This document shows positions 35,670 through 45,960 of a stretch of DNA of 64,000 nucleotides, in pieces. The notes below the pieces were generated by a model. It made no database searches. It had not been told where the DNA came from and worked only from the letters and a program-made list of their open reading frames with translations. The position numbers and the translations under genes are program-made. Source of the DNA: Candidatus Poribacteria bacterium (lineage in GTDB: Bacteria; Poribacteria; WGA-4E; WGA-3G). Within the stretch, counting starts at the first letter, position 1, and every line of letters begins with the position of its first letter. The stretch spans positions 6,141-70,140 of the forward strand of contig OZ242381.1 in the NCBI GenBank assembly GCA_965209095.1. The letters are read 5' to 3'.

Positions 35670-38600
35670 ATGAAATTTATTCAATCTATCATCTTAACTT
35701 TTATCATATTGGTGTTGATGTTGGTTGAAAGTGTGAATGCACAACAGAATTTAGCACAGGAAGCTTATGCGATTTTTGAGCAATCTTGTGTAATTTGCCA
35801 CGGGGAAAACGGTGCATATAGGGAATCACTCATCATTGATCACACAACACTTATTGAAAATGGTAAAGTTGTACCAGGAAAGCCAGACGAATCTGTGGTC
35901 TATCAACGACTCATTGAAACAGATGTTGCTAAACGGATGCCACTTGGACAACCTGCGCTTGACCCCGCAGCAATTGAAACAATCCGTCAATGGATTGCAG
36001 CAGGGGCACCCGATTGGGATGCTAATCCCGCTCCATTACCCAATTTCATTACAACCGATGTGATGCTTGAAACGATTGAAAACCACGTCAATTCTCTTTC
36101 ACCACGTGACAAATCGTTTGCACGTTATTTTACATTAACACATCTCTATAATGCTGGTGAGACGGCTGAGACACTCAACGCTTATCGGCGCGCACTCTCA
36201 AAACTGATTAATAGTCTCTCTTGGGGACGTGAAATAGTCAAACCGCAGCCTATTGATGCGGAACAAACTGTTTTCTATATTGACCTACGAAAATATGAGT
36301 GGGATGTCAGAAATGAAGCATGGACACAGATTGAACAGGTATATCCATACCAAATGACGTTTGATGCACCAACACAAACACAACTTAAAGAGAAACTAAC
36401 ACTACTACAGCAAGAGACAAACAGTGAAGTGCCGTTTGTCAATGTGGATTGGTTTATTGCCACTGCTTCTCTTCCACCTCTTTACAACAACATTCTTGCA
36501 TTACCTGAAACTGCTAACGAATTAGAGGAATCACTGGATGTCTCTGTTACGCAGAACCTACAAAATGCACCGGGGATACGGGTTTGGCGTGCAGGATTTA
36601 ACGATTCTGGTGTTTCAAGACACAATCGTGTTGTAGAACGTCACACATCAAGTCATGGTGCGTATTGGAAAAGTTACGATTTTGCTGGAAGTGCTGAATC
36701 ACAGAATATCTTTACACACCCACTTGATTTCATACATGATGGTGGAGAGATTATCTTCAATCTACCGAACGGTTTACAAGCATATTTTCTTGTAGATGGC
36801 GTAGGTAGTCGGCTTGATGTCGCACCCACAGACATTGTTTCAAATCCTGCTGTAAGTGATCCGGCAGTGTATAACGGACTTTCGTGTATCGGATGTCATA
36901 CGGAAGGGATGAAGACTTTTGAAGATGAAGTGCGTGCTGTTGTTGAACAAGCAGATAACCCACCTTATAACAAAGAGCGTGCCTTGGAGTTGTATGTCCA
37001 AAAAACGGTAATGGATGACCTCGTGGAGAAGGATACACAACGTTATAGAGATGCCCTTGAAGCAGCAGGTGGTGTGTTCGGTGGCATTGAACCGATCCAA
37101 CGTTTCCATGAAGTATTTCAAGGTCCACTTAGTGCTGTACATGCTGCAGCTGCTGTCGGATTAAAAACCAATACATTTCTTGAGAGAGTCAGTAACAGTG
37201 TAAGTTTACAGAACTTATTAGGTGTTCTCGTCGTAGATGGTGGGACAATAAAGCGGGATGCGTGGACATCAAGTTTTCACGATGTGATTTCTGAGTTGAA
37301 CTCTCCTGATACCGTCTTGCCACCCGTTGAAGATCGACCAGAACGGATACCTGGGGCATCTGTTCATATTCCCGATCCAAATTTACGGGCTGCACTTGAG
37401 GAAGCTCTTGGTAAAGCAGCGGGTGATGTGATTACTGTTGAGGATATGGAGTCATTGACAGAATTTCACGCTGAAGGATTAGGGATTAAAGATATTACAA
37501 GTCTTGAGTATGCCATCAATCTGCGTGTCTTGCAAATTCGTGGAAATATGATCTCTGATATTTCGTCAGTTTCAGATTTAAGCAATTTGAGTTTATTACG
37601 AATAGCAGATAACAATATTTCAGATATATCTGCAATCGCAGGATTAACCAACATAAGTTCATTAGAAATATATGCCAATGAAATCACTGACATCTCACCG
37701 CTTACAGGATTAACAAATGTAGCATGGTTATCAATGTATGGTAACCCAGTTACCGACCTTTCACCACTTGCAAATTTAAAGAGAATGGATGCAATGAGGG
37801 TGAGCGTAGAAGAACCAGGGGACCTATCACCATTAGCAGAATTAACCGATTTGCGTGTTCTTTATTATTGGGGTTCTGGCAATCCAGTCCCCGACTTGAC
37901 CCCGTTAATAAATTTGCCTAAACTGATAACAATAGATATTCGTGGTGTAAGCACAGGTGATCTATCGCCATTAGCAAAGGTAGACACTTTAGAAAGATTT
38001 GAGTTTTGGGGGTCGGGTGAAAATCTACCCGATCTATCTCCTTTAGCAGAAGCAAAAAATTTGAAGGAACTATGGGTTATCAATTGTGGAATTACAGATC
38101 TAACTTTTTTACAGAACTTCACAGGTTTAGAACGGTTAAATCTTGACACTAACAACATATCGGATGTGTCTCCATTAGCAGTATTAACTAATCTGAAATG
38201 GTTAAAACTTACCAACAATTCAATAACTGATTTCACACCTTTGACTGAACTTGCTCAAAATACAAATATAATTGCAGGTAGTGTTAATATTCCGGACCGA
38301 AACTTACGTGCGGCAATAGCAGAAGCACTTGGTAAAGATGGAACTGGGGTTATACCAATTACGTTTGAAGAGATGGCAACGTTGACAACTCTAAGAGCAA
38401 GTAACAGGGACATTAAAGATTTGACAGGCATTGAGCACGCAACAAATCTGGAAGAGTTGTGGATATCAAAAAATCCTGTATCTGACATTTCGCCACTTTC
38501 AAAATTGACAAATCTTGTAGGTTTAGGAGCGTGGGAAACGCCTATATCTGATCTCTCACCTTTGGCAGGATTAACGAAACTGAGATGGTTAGAGTTTCCT

Positions 38601-40598
38601 AATGCTCCAATATCTGATCTTTCTCCATTGGCAGGGATAACAAGCCTTAAAAGACTGAACTTGTACCAATGTGATGTAGAAGATATTTCTCATCTGTCAA
38701 GATTAACAGAATTGACATCGCTGAACCTAAGTTGGAACAAAATATATGATATAACTTCGCTTAATGGGTTAATTAACCTTGAAGTATTAGCATTACCTCA
38801 TTGTTTATTAACCGATTTATCTCCTTTGGAAGGATTAACCAATTTAATTCATTTAGACCTTCTTGGTAATTCAATTTACGATGTATCTCCCCTTGCAGGA
38901 TTAATCAATTTGGAAATATTAAACCTTATAGACAATCGAATTGTTGACATTTCATCTTTGGATAATTTGCTTGTATTTCCGAATATTATGTGGACAGAGA
39001 ACCCTGGTAGCCCTAAGAGTGGACCAGCAATTGAAGGTCCGTGGTTATGGATGAAATTTCCTGCGGAACACCTTGACACAGATTGGTTATCTGTAGCGAG
39101 TGGTGGGACTGTGACAGAAGAACTAATTGCTACATACGGTGCAACAGAAAGAAAACCTATTGGAAACAATGTTTGGAAAAAAGGAAAAATTGACAGGAAT
39201 AAGAATAATATCAATAGAATGTTAGATTCGCTTGAAGGAGAGGAAGATCGAGACCGTCAAGTGATTTACGGATCAATCATATTTGCTTCTCCAGAAGACA
39301 AACAAACAAGTATGTTTGTGGGAGGTGGCAATACAGCTGGTGACGATAAAATAAAAGTTTGGTTAAATGGTGAATTGGTTTATATACAAGGTATAAATGG
39401 AAATGGATGGCCTTATGGTTATGGTAGTTTTTTACCTGTTACCTTAAAGGAGGGAGCAAATGTTTTATTAGTAGCTATTCAAAATAAAAACCACGATTGG
39501 TCAGGCTTTTTCGGGTTTGAAGAAGGTACAAAGTATACGTTAATTCCTCCAGGTGTCGGTTTCTCGTTTTCTACAACCGAGACCGACAACCTCCTCGCTG
39601 GCGATACATTTACACTCAACCTCAACGCAGAAAACATAACCGATTTAGCAGGATGGCAAGCGGATATTACGTTTGACCCGAATGTATTGGAAGCAGTTGA
39701 AGTTACTGAAGGCGATTTTTTGAAGTCAGAAGGTGGAGACACCTTCTTCCAAGCTGGCACGATTGACAACACAGCAGGGAAAATCGCAAATCTGTATTCG
39801 GCGCGGATAGCTGAAAGCGGTGTTAGCAGTTCAGGTACACTGCTATCGGCGACATTCAAGGCAAAAGCAGGCGGTGAAACACAAGTAACACTGGAAAACT
39901 TTGAGTTCATTTCTATCACTGGAGACATCATCCCTACTGTTCATCCTAATATTACTATCACTGTGGGAGAATATCCTGCCTGGGATGTGAATCAAGATGG
40001 ACGTGTGAGTATTCAAGACCTTGTACTTGTGGCGAATGACTTAGGTTCAGGCGCGCCTGCTAACTTGCGAACGGACGTAAATCGAGATGGTGAAATCAAC
40101 ATCCAAGACCTTATCATTGTCGCACAACACATGGGTGAGTCAACAGATTCCGCGGCAGCTCCAATTGTTGCTTTAGATAGCAATGAACTAACGCCAGCAA
40201 TGGTACAAGCATGGATTGAACAGGCACAAGTTGAAGATGATGGTTCGCTTGTTTTCCAACGGGGAATAGAGAATCTTAAGAAACTATTAGCAACGTTGCT
40301 TCCTGAAAAAACTGTATTGCTTGCCAACTATCCGAATCCGTTTAATCCAGAGACGTGGATACCGTATCATCTTGCAAAACCATCGGAAGTTACTTTGACG
40401 ATCTACGCTGCGAATGGTGCTGTGGTTCGGACATTGGAATTGGGACATCAAGCTGCAGGTATCTATCAGAATCGTGACCGTGCGGTGCATTGGGATGGCA
40501 AGAATGATGTTGGTGAAGCGGTTGCAAGTGGAATCTATTTCTATACATTAACTACTGGTGATTTCACTTCAACACGCAAGATGTTAATACGGAAGTAA
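35670..40598 (+). CDS. giant secreted protein: PSCyt-like cytochrome c N-domain, leucine-rich repeat array, cohesin-like domain, dockerin repeats, T9SS-type/FlgD-Ig-like C-terminal domain
   Basis: 1642 aa. Signal peptide. CVICH heme motif. About 20 LRRs of the LTNLxxLxLxxNxIxDISPL type (nt ~37490-38980). Cohesin-like GDTFTLNLNAENITDLAGWQADITFDPNVLEAV. Dockerin DVNQDGRVSIQDL / DVNRDGEINIQDL. CTD NYPNPFNPETWIPY...GIYFYTLTTGDFTSTRKMLIRK. Confidence 0.75.
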   Translation: MKFIQSIILTFIILVLMLVESVNAQQNLAQEAYAIFEQSCVICHGENGAYRESLIIDHTTLIENGKVVPGKPDESVVYQRLIETDVAKRMPLGQPALDPAAIETIRQWIAAGAPDWDANPAPLPNFITTDVMLETIENHVNSLSPRDKSFARYFTLTHLYNAGETAETLNAYRRALSKLINSLSWGREIVKPQPIDAEQTVFYIDLRKYEWDVRNEAWTQIEQVYPYQMTFDAPTQTQLKEKLTLLQQETNSEVPFVNVDWFIATASLPPLYNNILALPETANELEESLDVSVTQNLQNAPGIRVWRAGFNDSGVSRHNRVVERHTSSHGAYWKSYDFAGSAESQNIFTHPLDFIHDGGEIIFNLPNGLQAYFLVDGVGSRLDVAPTDIVSNPAVSDPAVYNGLSCIGCHTEGMKTFEDEVRAVVEQADNPPYNKERALELYVQKTVMDDLVEKDTQRYRDALEAAGGVFGGIEPIQRFHEVFQGPLSAVHAAAAVGLKTNTFLERVSNSVSLQNLLGVLVVDGGTIKRDAWTSSFHDVISELNSPDTVLPPVEDRPERIPGASVHIPDPNLRAALEEALGKAAGDVITVEDMESLTEFHAEGLGIKDITSLEYAINLRVLQIRGNMISDISSVSDLSNLSLLRIADNNISDISAIAGLTNISSLEIYANEITDISPLTGLTNVAWLSMYGNPVTDLSPLANLKRMDAMRVSVEEPGDLSPLAELTDLRVLYYWGSGNPVPDLTPLINLPKLITIDIRGVSTGDLSPLAKVDTLERFEFWGSGENLPDLSPLAEAKNLKELWVINCGITDLTFLQNFTGLERLNLDTNNISDVSPLAVLTNLKWLKLTNNSITDFTPLTELAQNTNIIAGSVNIPDRNLRAAIAEALGKDGTGVIPITFEEMATLTTLRASNRDIKDLTGIEHATNLEELWISKNPVSDISPLSKLTNLVGLGAWETPISDLSPLAGLTKLRWLEFPNAPISDLSPLAGITSLKRLNLYQCDVEDISHLSRLTELTSLNLSWNKIYDITSLNGLINLEVLALPHCLLTDLSPLEGLTNLIHLDLLGNSIYDVSPLAGLINLEILNLIDNRIVDISSLDNLLVFPNIMWTENPGSPKSGPAIEGPWLWMKFPAEHLDTDWLSVASGGTVTEELIATYGATERKPIGNNVWKKGKIDRNKNNINRMLDSLEGEEDRDRQVIYGSIIFASPEDKQTSMFVGGGNTAGDDKIKVWLNGELVYIQGINGNGWPYGYGSFLPVTLKEGANVLLVAIQNKNHDWSGFFGFEEGTKYTLIPPGVGFSFSTTETDNLLAGDTFTLNLNAENITDLAGWQADITFDPNVLEAVEVTEGDFLKSEGGDTFFQAGTIDNTAGKIANLYSARIAESGVSSSGTLLSATFKAKAGGETQVTLENFEFISITGDIIPTVHPNITITVGEYPAWDVNQDGRVSIQDLVLVANDLGSGAPANLRTDVNRDGEINIQDLIIVAQHMGESTDSAAAPIVALDSNELTPAMVQAWIEQAQVEDDGSLVFQRGIENLKKLLATLLPEKTVLLANYPNPFNPETWIPYHLAKPSEVTLTIYAANGAVVRTLELGHQAAGIYQNRDRAVHWDGKNDVGEAVASGIYFYTLTTGDFTSTRKMLIRK

Positions 40599-40627
40599 TT
40601 TATTCCATGTCGGTTTTCATACCAATT

Positions 40628-40880
40628 CAGGACTTACGCATTCCCCCTTGATAAGGGGGTTAGGGGGGTTAAAAAGCCGTTATTTCAATGATATTTTAGT
40701 AATTTAACCCCCTAAATCCCCCTTATCAAGGGGACTTTAAGAGAAACTGCGTAAGTTTCGCATTCCCCCTTGATAAGGGGGTTAGGGGGGTTAAAAAGCC
40801 GTTATTTCAATGATATTTTAGTAATTTAACCCCCTAAATCCCCCTTATCAAGGGGACTTTAAGAGAAACTGCGTAAGTCC
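40628..40880. repeat. repeat family B copy 2, head-to-tail tandem dimer
   Basis: Two consecutive family B units. The junction at ~40757 lacks the left terminal caggacttacg of the second unit. Confidence 0.8.
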
Positions 40881-40921
40881 TATAATATTTAGACAACAAA
40901 TTCATCGGTCCTCCACACACA

Positions 40922-42004
40922 ATGCAACAAGAAAGGAGTTTAACTATGGAACTCGGTTTTTTCACAATGCCACTGCACCCACCAGGAAGCAATACGACAA
41001 AAACATTAGATGATGACCTTGAACAGATGGTGACCTTAGATAAGATGGGTTATAGTGAAGCTTATGTCGGTGAACATTTTACATTCACATGGGAGAATAT
41101 TCCATCTCCTGATCTCTTCATTGCAAAAGCACTTGCAATGACAGAAAATATCATATTTGGTACTGGTATAACGTGTATGCCGATTCATAATCCTGCTGTT
41201 GTGGCACACCGTATTGCTCAATTGGACCACATGGCACACGGACGTTTTCATTGGGGTGTGGGTTCAAGTTCCACGCCGAGCGATGCAGAAATGTTCATGG
41301 CATCTGATGATAGACGAAAAGCAACGCGGGAGGGAATTGATGCTGTCCTTAAAATTTGGTCAGATCCAGAACCGGGACACTACAAAAGTGGTTCTTGGGA
41401 ATTCAAAATTCCCGGTGGACACCCAGATATTGTGAGTATTCACATGAAACCGTATCAGAAACCACATCCACCGATAGCATTGGCGGGTTCTTCAACAAAA
41501 TCGGATACATTAATCTTTGCTGGCGAACGCGGTTGGATTCCGATGAGTATTAATCTTGCTCCTGTTTCTGTTATCAAAACCCATTGGGATGCCGTTGAAG
41601 AAGGTGCAGAAAAGACTGGACAGACTCCTTCTCGGTCCACATGGCGAATTGCCCGTGAAGTTTATGTTGCTGACACCAATGAAAAGGCACGAAAAGAGGC
41701 AATAGAAGGCACTCTGGGGCGGGATTTTCGTGATTATTGGTTTAGACTGTGGGGATGGGAAAAATTCAAAATGAAACCGGACATTCCTGATGTAGAATCT
41801 TGTTTAGAAGGTTTGTTGGATACATTGTGGATTGTTGGAAGTCCTGATCATGTTGCTAACCGTTTGCGACAACTGTATGAAGATGTCGGTGGGTTTGGCG
41901 TCCTACTTGCGATGGGACACGAATGGGAACCTAAAGAGCAGTGGGTGCATTCAATGGAACTTCTCAAGAATGAAGTCATGCCGCAACTGACGGATTTAAC
42001 ATAA
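40922..42004 (+). CDS. LLM class flavin-dependent oxidoreductase (luciferase-like monooxygenase family)
   Basis: 360 aa. N-terminal MELGFFTMP...TLDKMGYSEAYVGEHF plus the TIM-barrel LLM pattern. Confidence 0.75.
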   Translation: MQQERSLTMELGFFTMPLHPPGSNTTKTLDDDLEQMVTLDKMGYSEAYVGEHFTFTWENIPSPDLFIAKALAMTENIIFGTGITCMPIHNPAVVAHRIAQLDHMAHGRFHWGVGSSSTPSDAEMFMASDDRRKATREGIDAVLKIWSDPEPGHYKSGSWEFKIPGGHPDIVSIHMKPYQKPHPPIALAGSSTKSDTLIFAGERGWIPMSINLAPVSVIKTHWDAVEEGAEKTGQTPSRSTWRIAREVYVADTNEKARKEAIEGTLGRDFRDYWFRLWGWEKFKMKPDIPDVESCLEGLLDTLWIVGSPDHVANRLRQLYEDVGGFGVLLAMGHEWEPKEQWVHSMELLKNEVMPQLTDLT

Positions 42005-42033
42005 CAGAGGCATTCAATTGTCACAAAACATCT

Positions 42034-42142
42034 TGTAGGAGTGAATCAACGCCAAATGCGCGTATGGCATTTGGCGGGTTTCTAACCCCGAATTTTCATG
42101 CAGGGCATCTAAAATCGGGGTTAGGAAACCCCTCCTACAACT
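42034..42142. terminator. compound palindromic stem-loop downstream of the LLM oxidoreductase gene
   Basis: ttgtaggag...gggtttctaaccccgaatttt / aaaatcggggttaggaaaccc...ctcctacaa, with an inner gccaaatgc..gcatttggc palindrome. A related motif occurs at 5085-5150. Confidence 0.45.
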
Positions 42143-42169
42143 TTGTGTCAGATATAGAAAATACTCTTA

Positions 42170-42299
42170 CAGGACTTACGCATTCCCCTTGATAAGGGGG
42201 GTAGGGGTTAAAAGTCGTTATTTCAATGGTATTTTAGTGATATAACCCCCTAAATCCCCCTTATCAGTGGGACTTTAAGAAAAACTGCGTAAGTCCTGT
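42170..42299. repeat. repeat family B copy 3; TSD TCTTA
   Basis: tctta at 42165-42169 and 42300-42304. Abuts the stop of the 42301-43110 gene. Confidence 0.85.
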
Positions 42300-42300
42300 C

Positions 42301-43110
42301 TTACTTACCCATTGCCTGAAGTGCCTTCAAACAACGTTCGACTGCTTCTAATGGTGGATAGGCATCGCTTTCATATTCAACAATATACCATTCTGTGCCA
42401 CCCGTGGTTTCGCAGATGTCAAAGATTTCAGCCCATGGAACGCTATCTTCCCCGATAATAGGACGAAAACCTGCATGTCTATCAGATTCATCATTGGAGA
42501 TTGTATAAGGTTTGAGATGGACTGTGCCTGATCGTCCAGGATATCTTTTCAGAATGTCCACGAGGTCTGCACCACCAGACATCGCGTTTCCCATATCCAG
42601 TTGCATCACTACTCCTTCATTCGTATTTCCGAAGAAGGTATCCCACTGCACTTCACCATCCATCGGTGAAAATTCAACGTGGTGGTTATGATAACCTGTC
42701 ACCATGCCGTGTGGCGCAAGTTTGTCTGCAAGGTCGTTGAAGAAATCTGCTAATTTCAACCAATCATCACGGGATTGACGCAGTTCGCCCGGAATACCAG
42801 GTATAATGACATATCTATTCTCAAGAATCTTATTGAATTCTATCGTGTCTTCAAGTGTGTCTTCTTGAACAAGGTTGAATGGTGTATGCCATCCACAGCA
42901 GACTATTCCAAACTCGTCAAGGTAACCTTTTAACTCCTCGGCAGGATGTTGTGGTGGACCAGCGAATTCTACGCCTTCATATCCCATTTCGGCGACTGCT
43001 TTAATTGTACCACGTGCATCTTCTGCTAACTCATTTCGGACTGAAAACAGTTCTAAACCAATTGGTACTCGTGCCATATTGTTCCTTTCTTGTTTTGTAG
43101 TTACGATCAT
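42301..43110 (-). CDS. sugar phosphate isomerase/epimerase (xylose isomerase-like TIM barrel)
   Basis: 269 aa. GYEGVEF, HNHHVEF and HLKPY motifs of the family. Confidence 0.7.
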   Translation of the reverse strand: MIVTTKQERNNMARVPIGLELFSVRNELAEDARGTIKAVAEMGYEGVEFAGPPQHPAEELKGYLDEFGIVCCGWHTPFNLVQEDTLEDTIEFNKILENRYVIIPGIPGELRQSRDDWLKLADFFNDLADKLAPHGMVTGYHNHHVEFSPMDGEVQWDTFFGNTNEGVVMQLDMGNAMSGGADLVDILKRYPGRSGTVHLKPYTISNDESDRHAGFRPIIGEDSVPWAEIFDICETTGGTEWYIVEYESDAYPPLEAVERCLKALQAMGK

Positions 43111-43223
43111 TTCTCTTCTATGCTGTCCTTACTATTACTGATTAGGAATGACATTCAAATCTTCCAACATAATGGATAATCTATGCTATCATGTATTCAC
43201 TAAATGGTCAAGTAATGACGAAA

Positions 43224-43405
43224 GGGTGTGTAAAGTTTTTGTACCAATTCAAACTTTTTCATATCAGGTAACGCCTCTCTCTACACATTGTAGGGGCGGG
43301 TCTCTGTGCCCGCCCGTTACATCCAATTTCTCAAACATGGCGGGGCACAGAGACCCCGCTCTACAATAGTTGGTGAGAAGTTAGTAACAAAAACTTTACA
43401 CACCC
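43224..43405. repeat. repeat family A, full copy (reverse orientation relative to 14288-14492)
   Basis: gggtgtgtaaagtttttgtac ... hairpin ... aaaactttacacaccc. Confidence 0.85.
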
Positions 43406-43435
43406 CGAAGTTTGAATTTTTATTCGAGGTAAGTT

Positions 43436-44236
43436 ATGCATATTGGTCTTATGGAAGGAACGATACGACGGAATACACTTGGTAAAACATTGGATGCTAC
43501 TGTTAAACAAGGGCTTCACCATCTACAATATCATATTTCACCTTCTATTTCTGCTGAGGAAGTCCGCAAAGAAATGGATGAACATGGTATTCAAATTGTG
43601 GCACTCTCTGGCACTTACAACATGATTGATCCTGATATTCAGAAACGTGAAGCAGGATTAAGGAAGTTGCGCCATGTCGCTGCACAGTGCGAACCACTTG
43701 GAACATCTGTGATTACACTCTGTACTGGTTCTCGTGATCCGCACAGTATGTGGCGTGCTCATCCTGACAACAACGCAGCATCTGCTTGGAAAGACCTTGT
43801 TGAGTCTATGAATTTGGCATTGGAAGTTGCAGCGGAATTCAATGTGTCCTTAGCATTTGAACCAGAAGTATCAAATGTGATTGATTCAGCACAGAAGGCA
43901 CGTCGTCTACTTGACGAGATGAAATCTCCGTATCTAAAAGTCGTTATGGATGGTGCAAATATATTTCATAAAGGCGAATTACCGAAGATGCGCGAAATTC
44001 TGGACGAGGCGTTTGCTTTGCTTGGTGAGGATATTGCACTTGCTCATGCAAAGGATTTAGACCGAGATGGTCATGCTGGTAATCTTGCAGCAGGTACTGG
44101 TTTGCTGGATTACGATCAATATATTAGTTTGCTAAATGAAGTTGGTTATGACGGGGCAGTTGTGTTACACGGATTGTCTGAAGAACAAGTGCCATTTTGT
44201 GTGAATTTTTTGCAAGAAAAGATAGATACGTTGTAA
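43436..44236 (+). CDS. sugar phosphate isomerase/epimerase (xylose isomerase-like TIM barrel)
   Basis: 266 aa. LAFEPE and HAKD motifs. Confidence 0.65.
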   Translation: MHIGLMEGTIRRNTLGKTLDATVKQGLHHLQYHISPSISAEEVRKEMDEHGIQIVALSGTYNMIDPDIQKREAGLRKLRHVAAQCEPLGTSVITLCTGSRDPHSMWRAHPDNNAASAWKDLVESMNLALEVAAEFNVSLAFEPEVSNVIDSAQKARRLLDEMKSPYLKVVMDGANIFHKGELPKMREILDEAFALLGEDIALAHAKDLDRDGHAGNLAAGTGLLDYDQYISLLNEVGYDGAVVLHGLSEEQVPFCVNFLQEKIDTL

Positions 44237-44250
44237 TATGCAATATATTA

Positions 44251-45891
44251 TTAGACTGTTTCGGACATGCGTTCTGCTAACCGAGCAAGAGCAGGAGATC
44301 TGTCCAGTTTTTCAAGTTCAATCTCTATAAGCGAAAATTGTTGAGTTTCGTTTAGTGCAGCATTCATCGCATCGTCAAATTCACCTTCGGTTCGGACATG
44401 AAAACCGCGTCCTGCCCCAAATAGTGATGTAATGCTGCTATAGTTCCAACATCCGATGTCGTTGAATTCTCCTTCAAGTAGATGTCTTTCTGTGCCGTAA
44501 CCGTGGTTGTTTAAGAGAAGAACGATAGGGTTTAATCCGTATCGAACAACAGTTGATAGTTCTGTTCCTGTCATTTGGAAGGCACCATCCCCTACTATGA
44601 CGAGTGGACGGGAATTCGGTGTACTGAGTTGTGCTCCGACAGATGCGGGAACTGCGAATCCCATTGAGGTGTAGTAGGCAGGACTAAGGAAATTGGTATG
44701 TTGCTGTATACGTAATTCAGCGGCACCGAATAGGCTATCACCTACATCAGCAATCACAGTAATTTCATCGGTAATAAATGCATTGAGATGTTGAAACAGA
44801 CGTTCAACTTTTAGTGGTGCCTTTGGATTCACTTCAAATGGTTCTGATTCTTGTGATGCCCAGTCTAAGTTCGGTTTTCTACGTCTTCGAAGTTTTGAGG
44901 AATTGATTCCATCTATAAAATCTACAAACAGGACACTCTCATAAGTATGGTATCCGACATTTATTTTTTCTGATGTAGCATAGATTGAACGCGCTCGGTC
45001 AAGGTTTGCGGTGTATATTCCAAGATTTACATCGGTCATAAATGCACCGAGAATGATGACACAATCAGAACCTTCAACAAACTCACTAATCTCCTTTCGT
45101 CCCATTGCTCCTTCATAAATACCTAAGTAGAGCGGATGTGATTCTGGTATAACAGATTTACCAAGTAGCGTTGCAACGACAGGTATTCGTTTTTCTTCTA
45201 CGAGATTCAATAATTTTTCTTGGAATCCGAATCTATGTAACTCAACTCCTGCGAGAATGACTGGATTCTTGCTCTGATTTATGAAGTTGATTGCATCTTC
45301 AATGGCAGCATTTAATATATCAGGGTCACTTGCGTGGTTTCCATCTGTAGGATTTTTATAATGCGTGCCACGAACATCTACCATATCACGTGGGAGTTCA
45401 ATGTATCCTGGTCGTTTGTATTGATAAACGGCATCCAGTACACGGTCAATCTCGTTGAATGCAGTAAAAGGATCGTCAAGGAGTGCGGTAGCAACAGTTA
45501 TCTCGTCATATATCCGCTGTTGTGTGTGGAAATCTCTGACTTTATGGTGAAGGAGGGCATCTTTGTCGCGTTCTTTGATTCCCGGTGCTCCACTAATTAC
45601 AATTACAGGTGATTTTTCTGCATAAGCACCTGCAATAGCGTTTACTGTTGATAGACCGCCGACACAATAGGTGATACACACTGCTCCCATTCCTTTTGTG
45701 CGTGCATAGGCATCTGCGGCGTATCCCGCAGCGTCTTCGCGGGTCATGCCGATGTGTTGTATATCACTTTCTTCAATGAGTTTGTAGAATCGGAGGACAT
45801 AATCACCTGGAATGCCGAAGATGTGATTTATATCGTAACTTTGGAGTTTTTTGAGTAGGTATTCACCAATGGATTTTGGGATGTTTCGCAT
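44251..45891 (-). CDS. thiamine-pyrophosphate-dependent alpha-keto acid decarboxylase (indolepyruvate/pyruvate decarboxylase family)
   Basis: 546 aa. N-terminal HIFGIPGDY, with a TPP-binding GDG-x24-NN region (VIVGDGAFQMT...LLNNHGYG). Confidence 0.75.
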   Translation of the reverse strand: MRNIPKSIGEYLLKKLQSYDINHIFGIPGDYVLRFYKLIEESDIQHIGMTREDAAGYAADAYARTKGMGAVCITYCVGGLSTVNAIAGAYAEKSPVIVISGAPGIKERDKDALLHHKVRDFHTQQRIYDEITVATALLDDPFTAFNEIDRVLDAVYQYKRPGYIELPRDMVDVRGTHYKNPTDGNHASDPDILNAAIEDAINFINQSKNPVILAGVELHRFGFQEKLLNLVEEKRIPVVATLLGKSVIPESHPLYLGIYEGAMGRKEISEFVEGSDCVIILGAFMTDVNLGIYTANLDRARSIYATSEKINVGYHTYESVLFVDFIDGINSSKLRRRRKPNLDWASQESEPFEVNPKAPLKVERLFQHLNAFITDEITVIADVGDSLFGAAELRIQQHTNFLSPAYYTSMGFAVPASVGAQLSTPNSRPLVIVGDGAFQMTGTELSTVVRYGLNPIVLLLNNHGYGTERHLLEGEFNDIGCWNYSSITSLFGAGRGFHVRTEGEFDDAMNAALNETQQFSLIEIELEKLDRSPALARLAERMSETV

Positions 45892-45960
45892 GGTTTCACC
45901 TCGTTGTGTGTTGTTTTTAGAGACAGATCACAGAAGAGAATTGGAAGAACGCCTCGGTGC

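Noticed and set aside
36275-40490. Numerous minus-strand ORFs (e.g. 36757-37128, 37865-38236, 39479-39931, 40013-40327) inside the 1642-aa gene
   Set aside because: These are antisense frames of a long, domain-rich plus-strand ORF. The repetitive LRR-coding DNA creates long open antisense frames.
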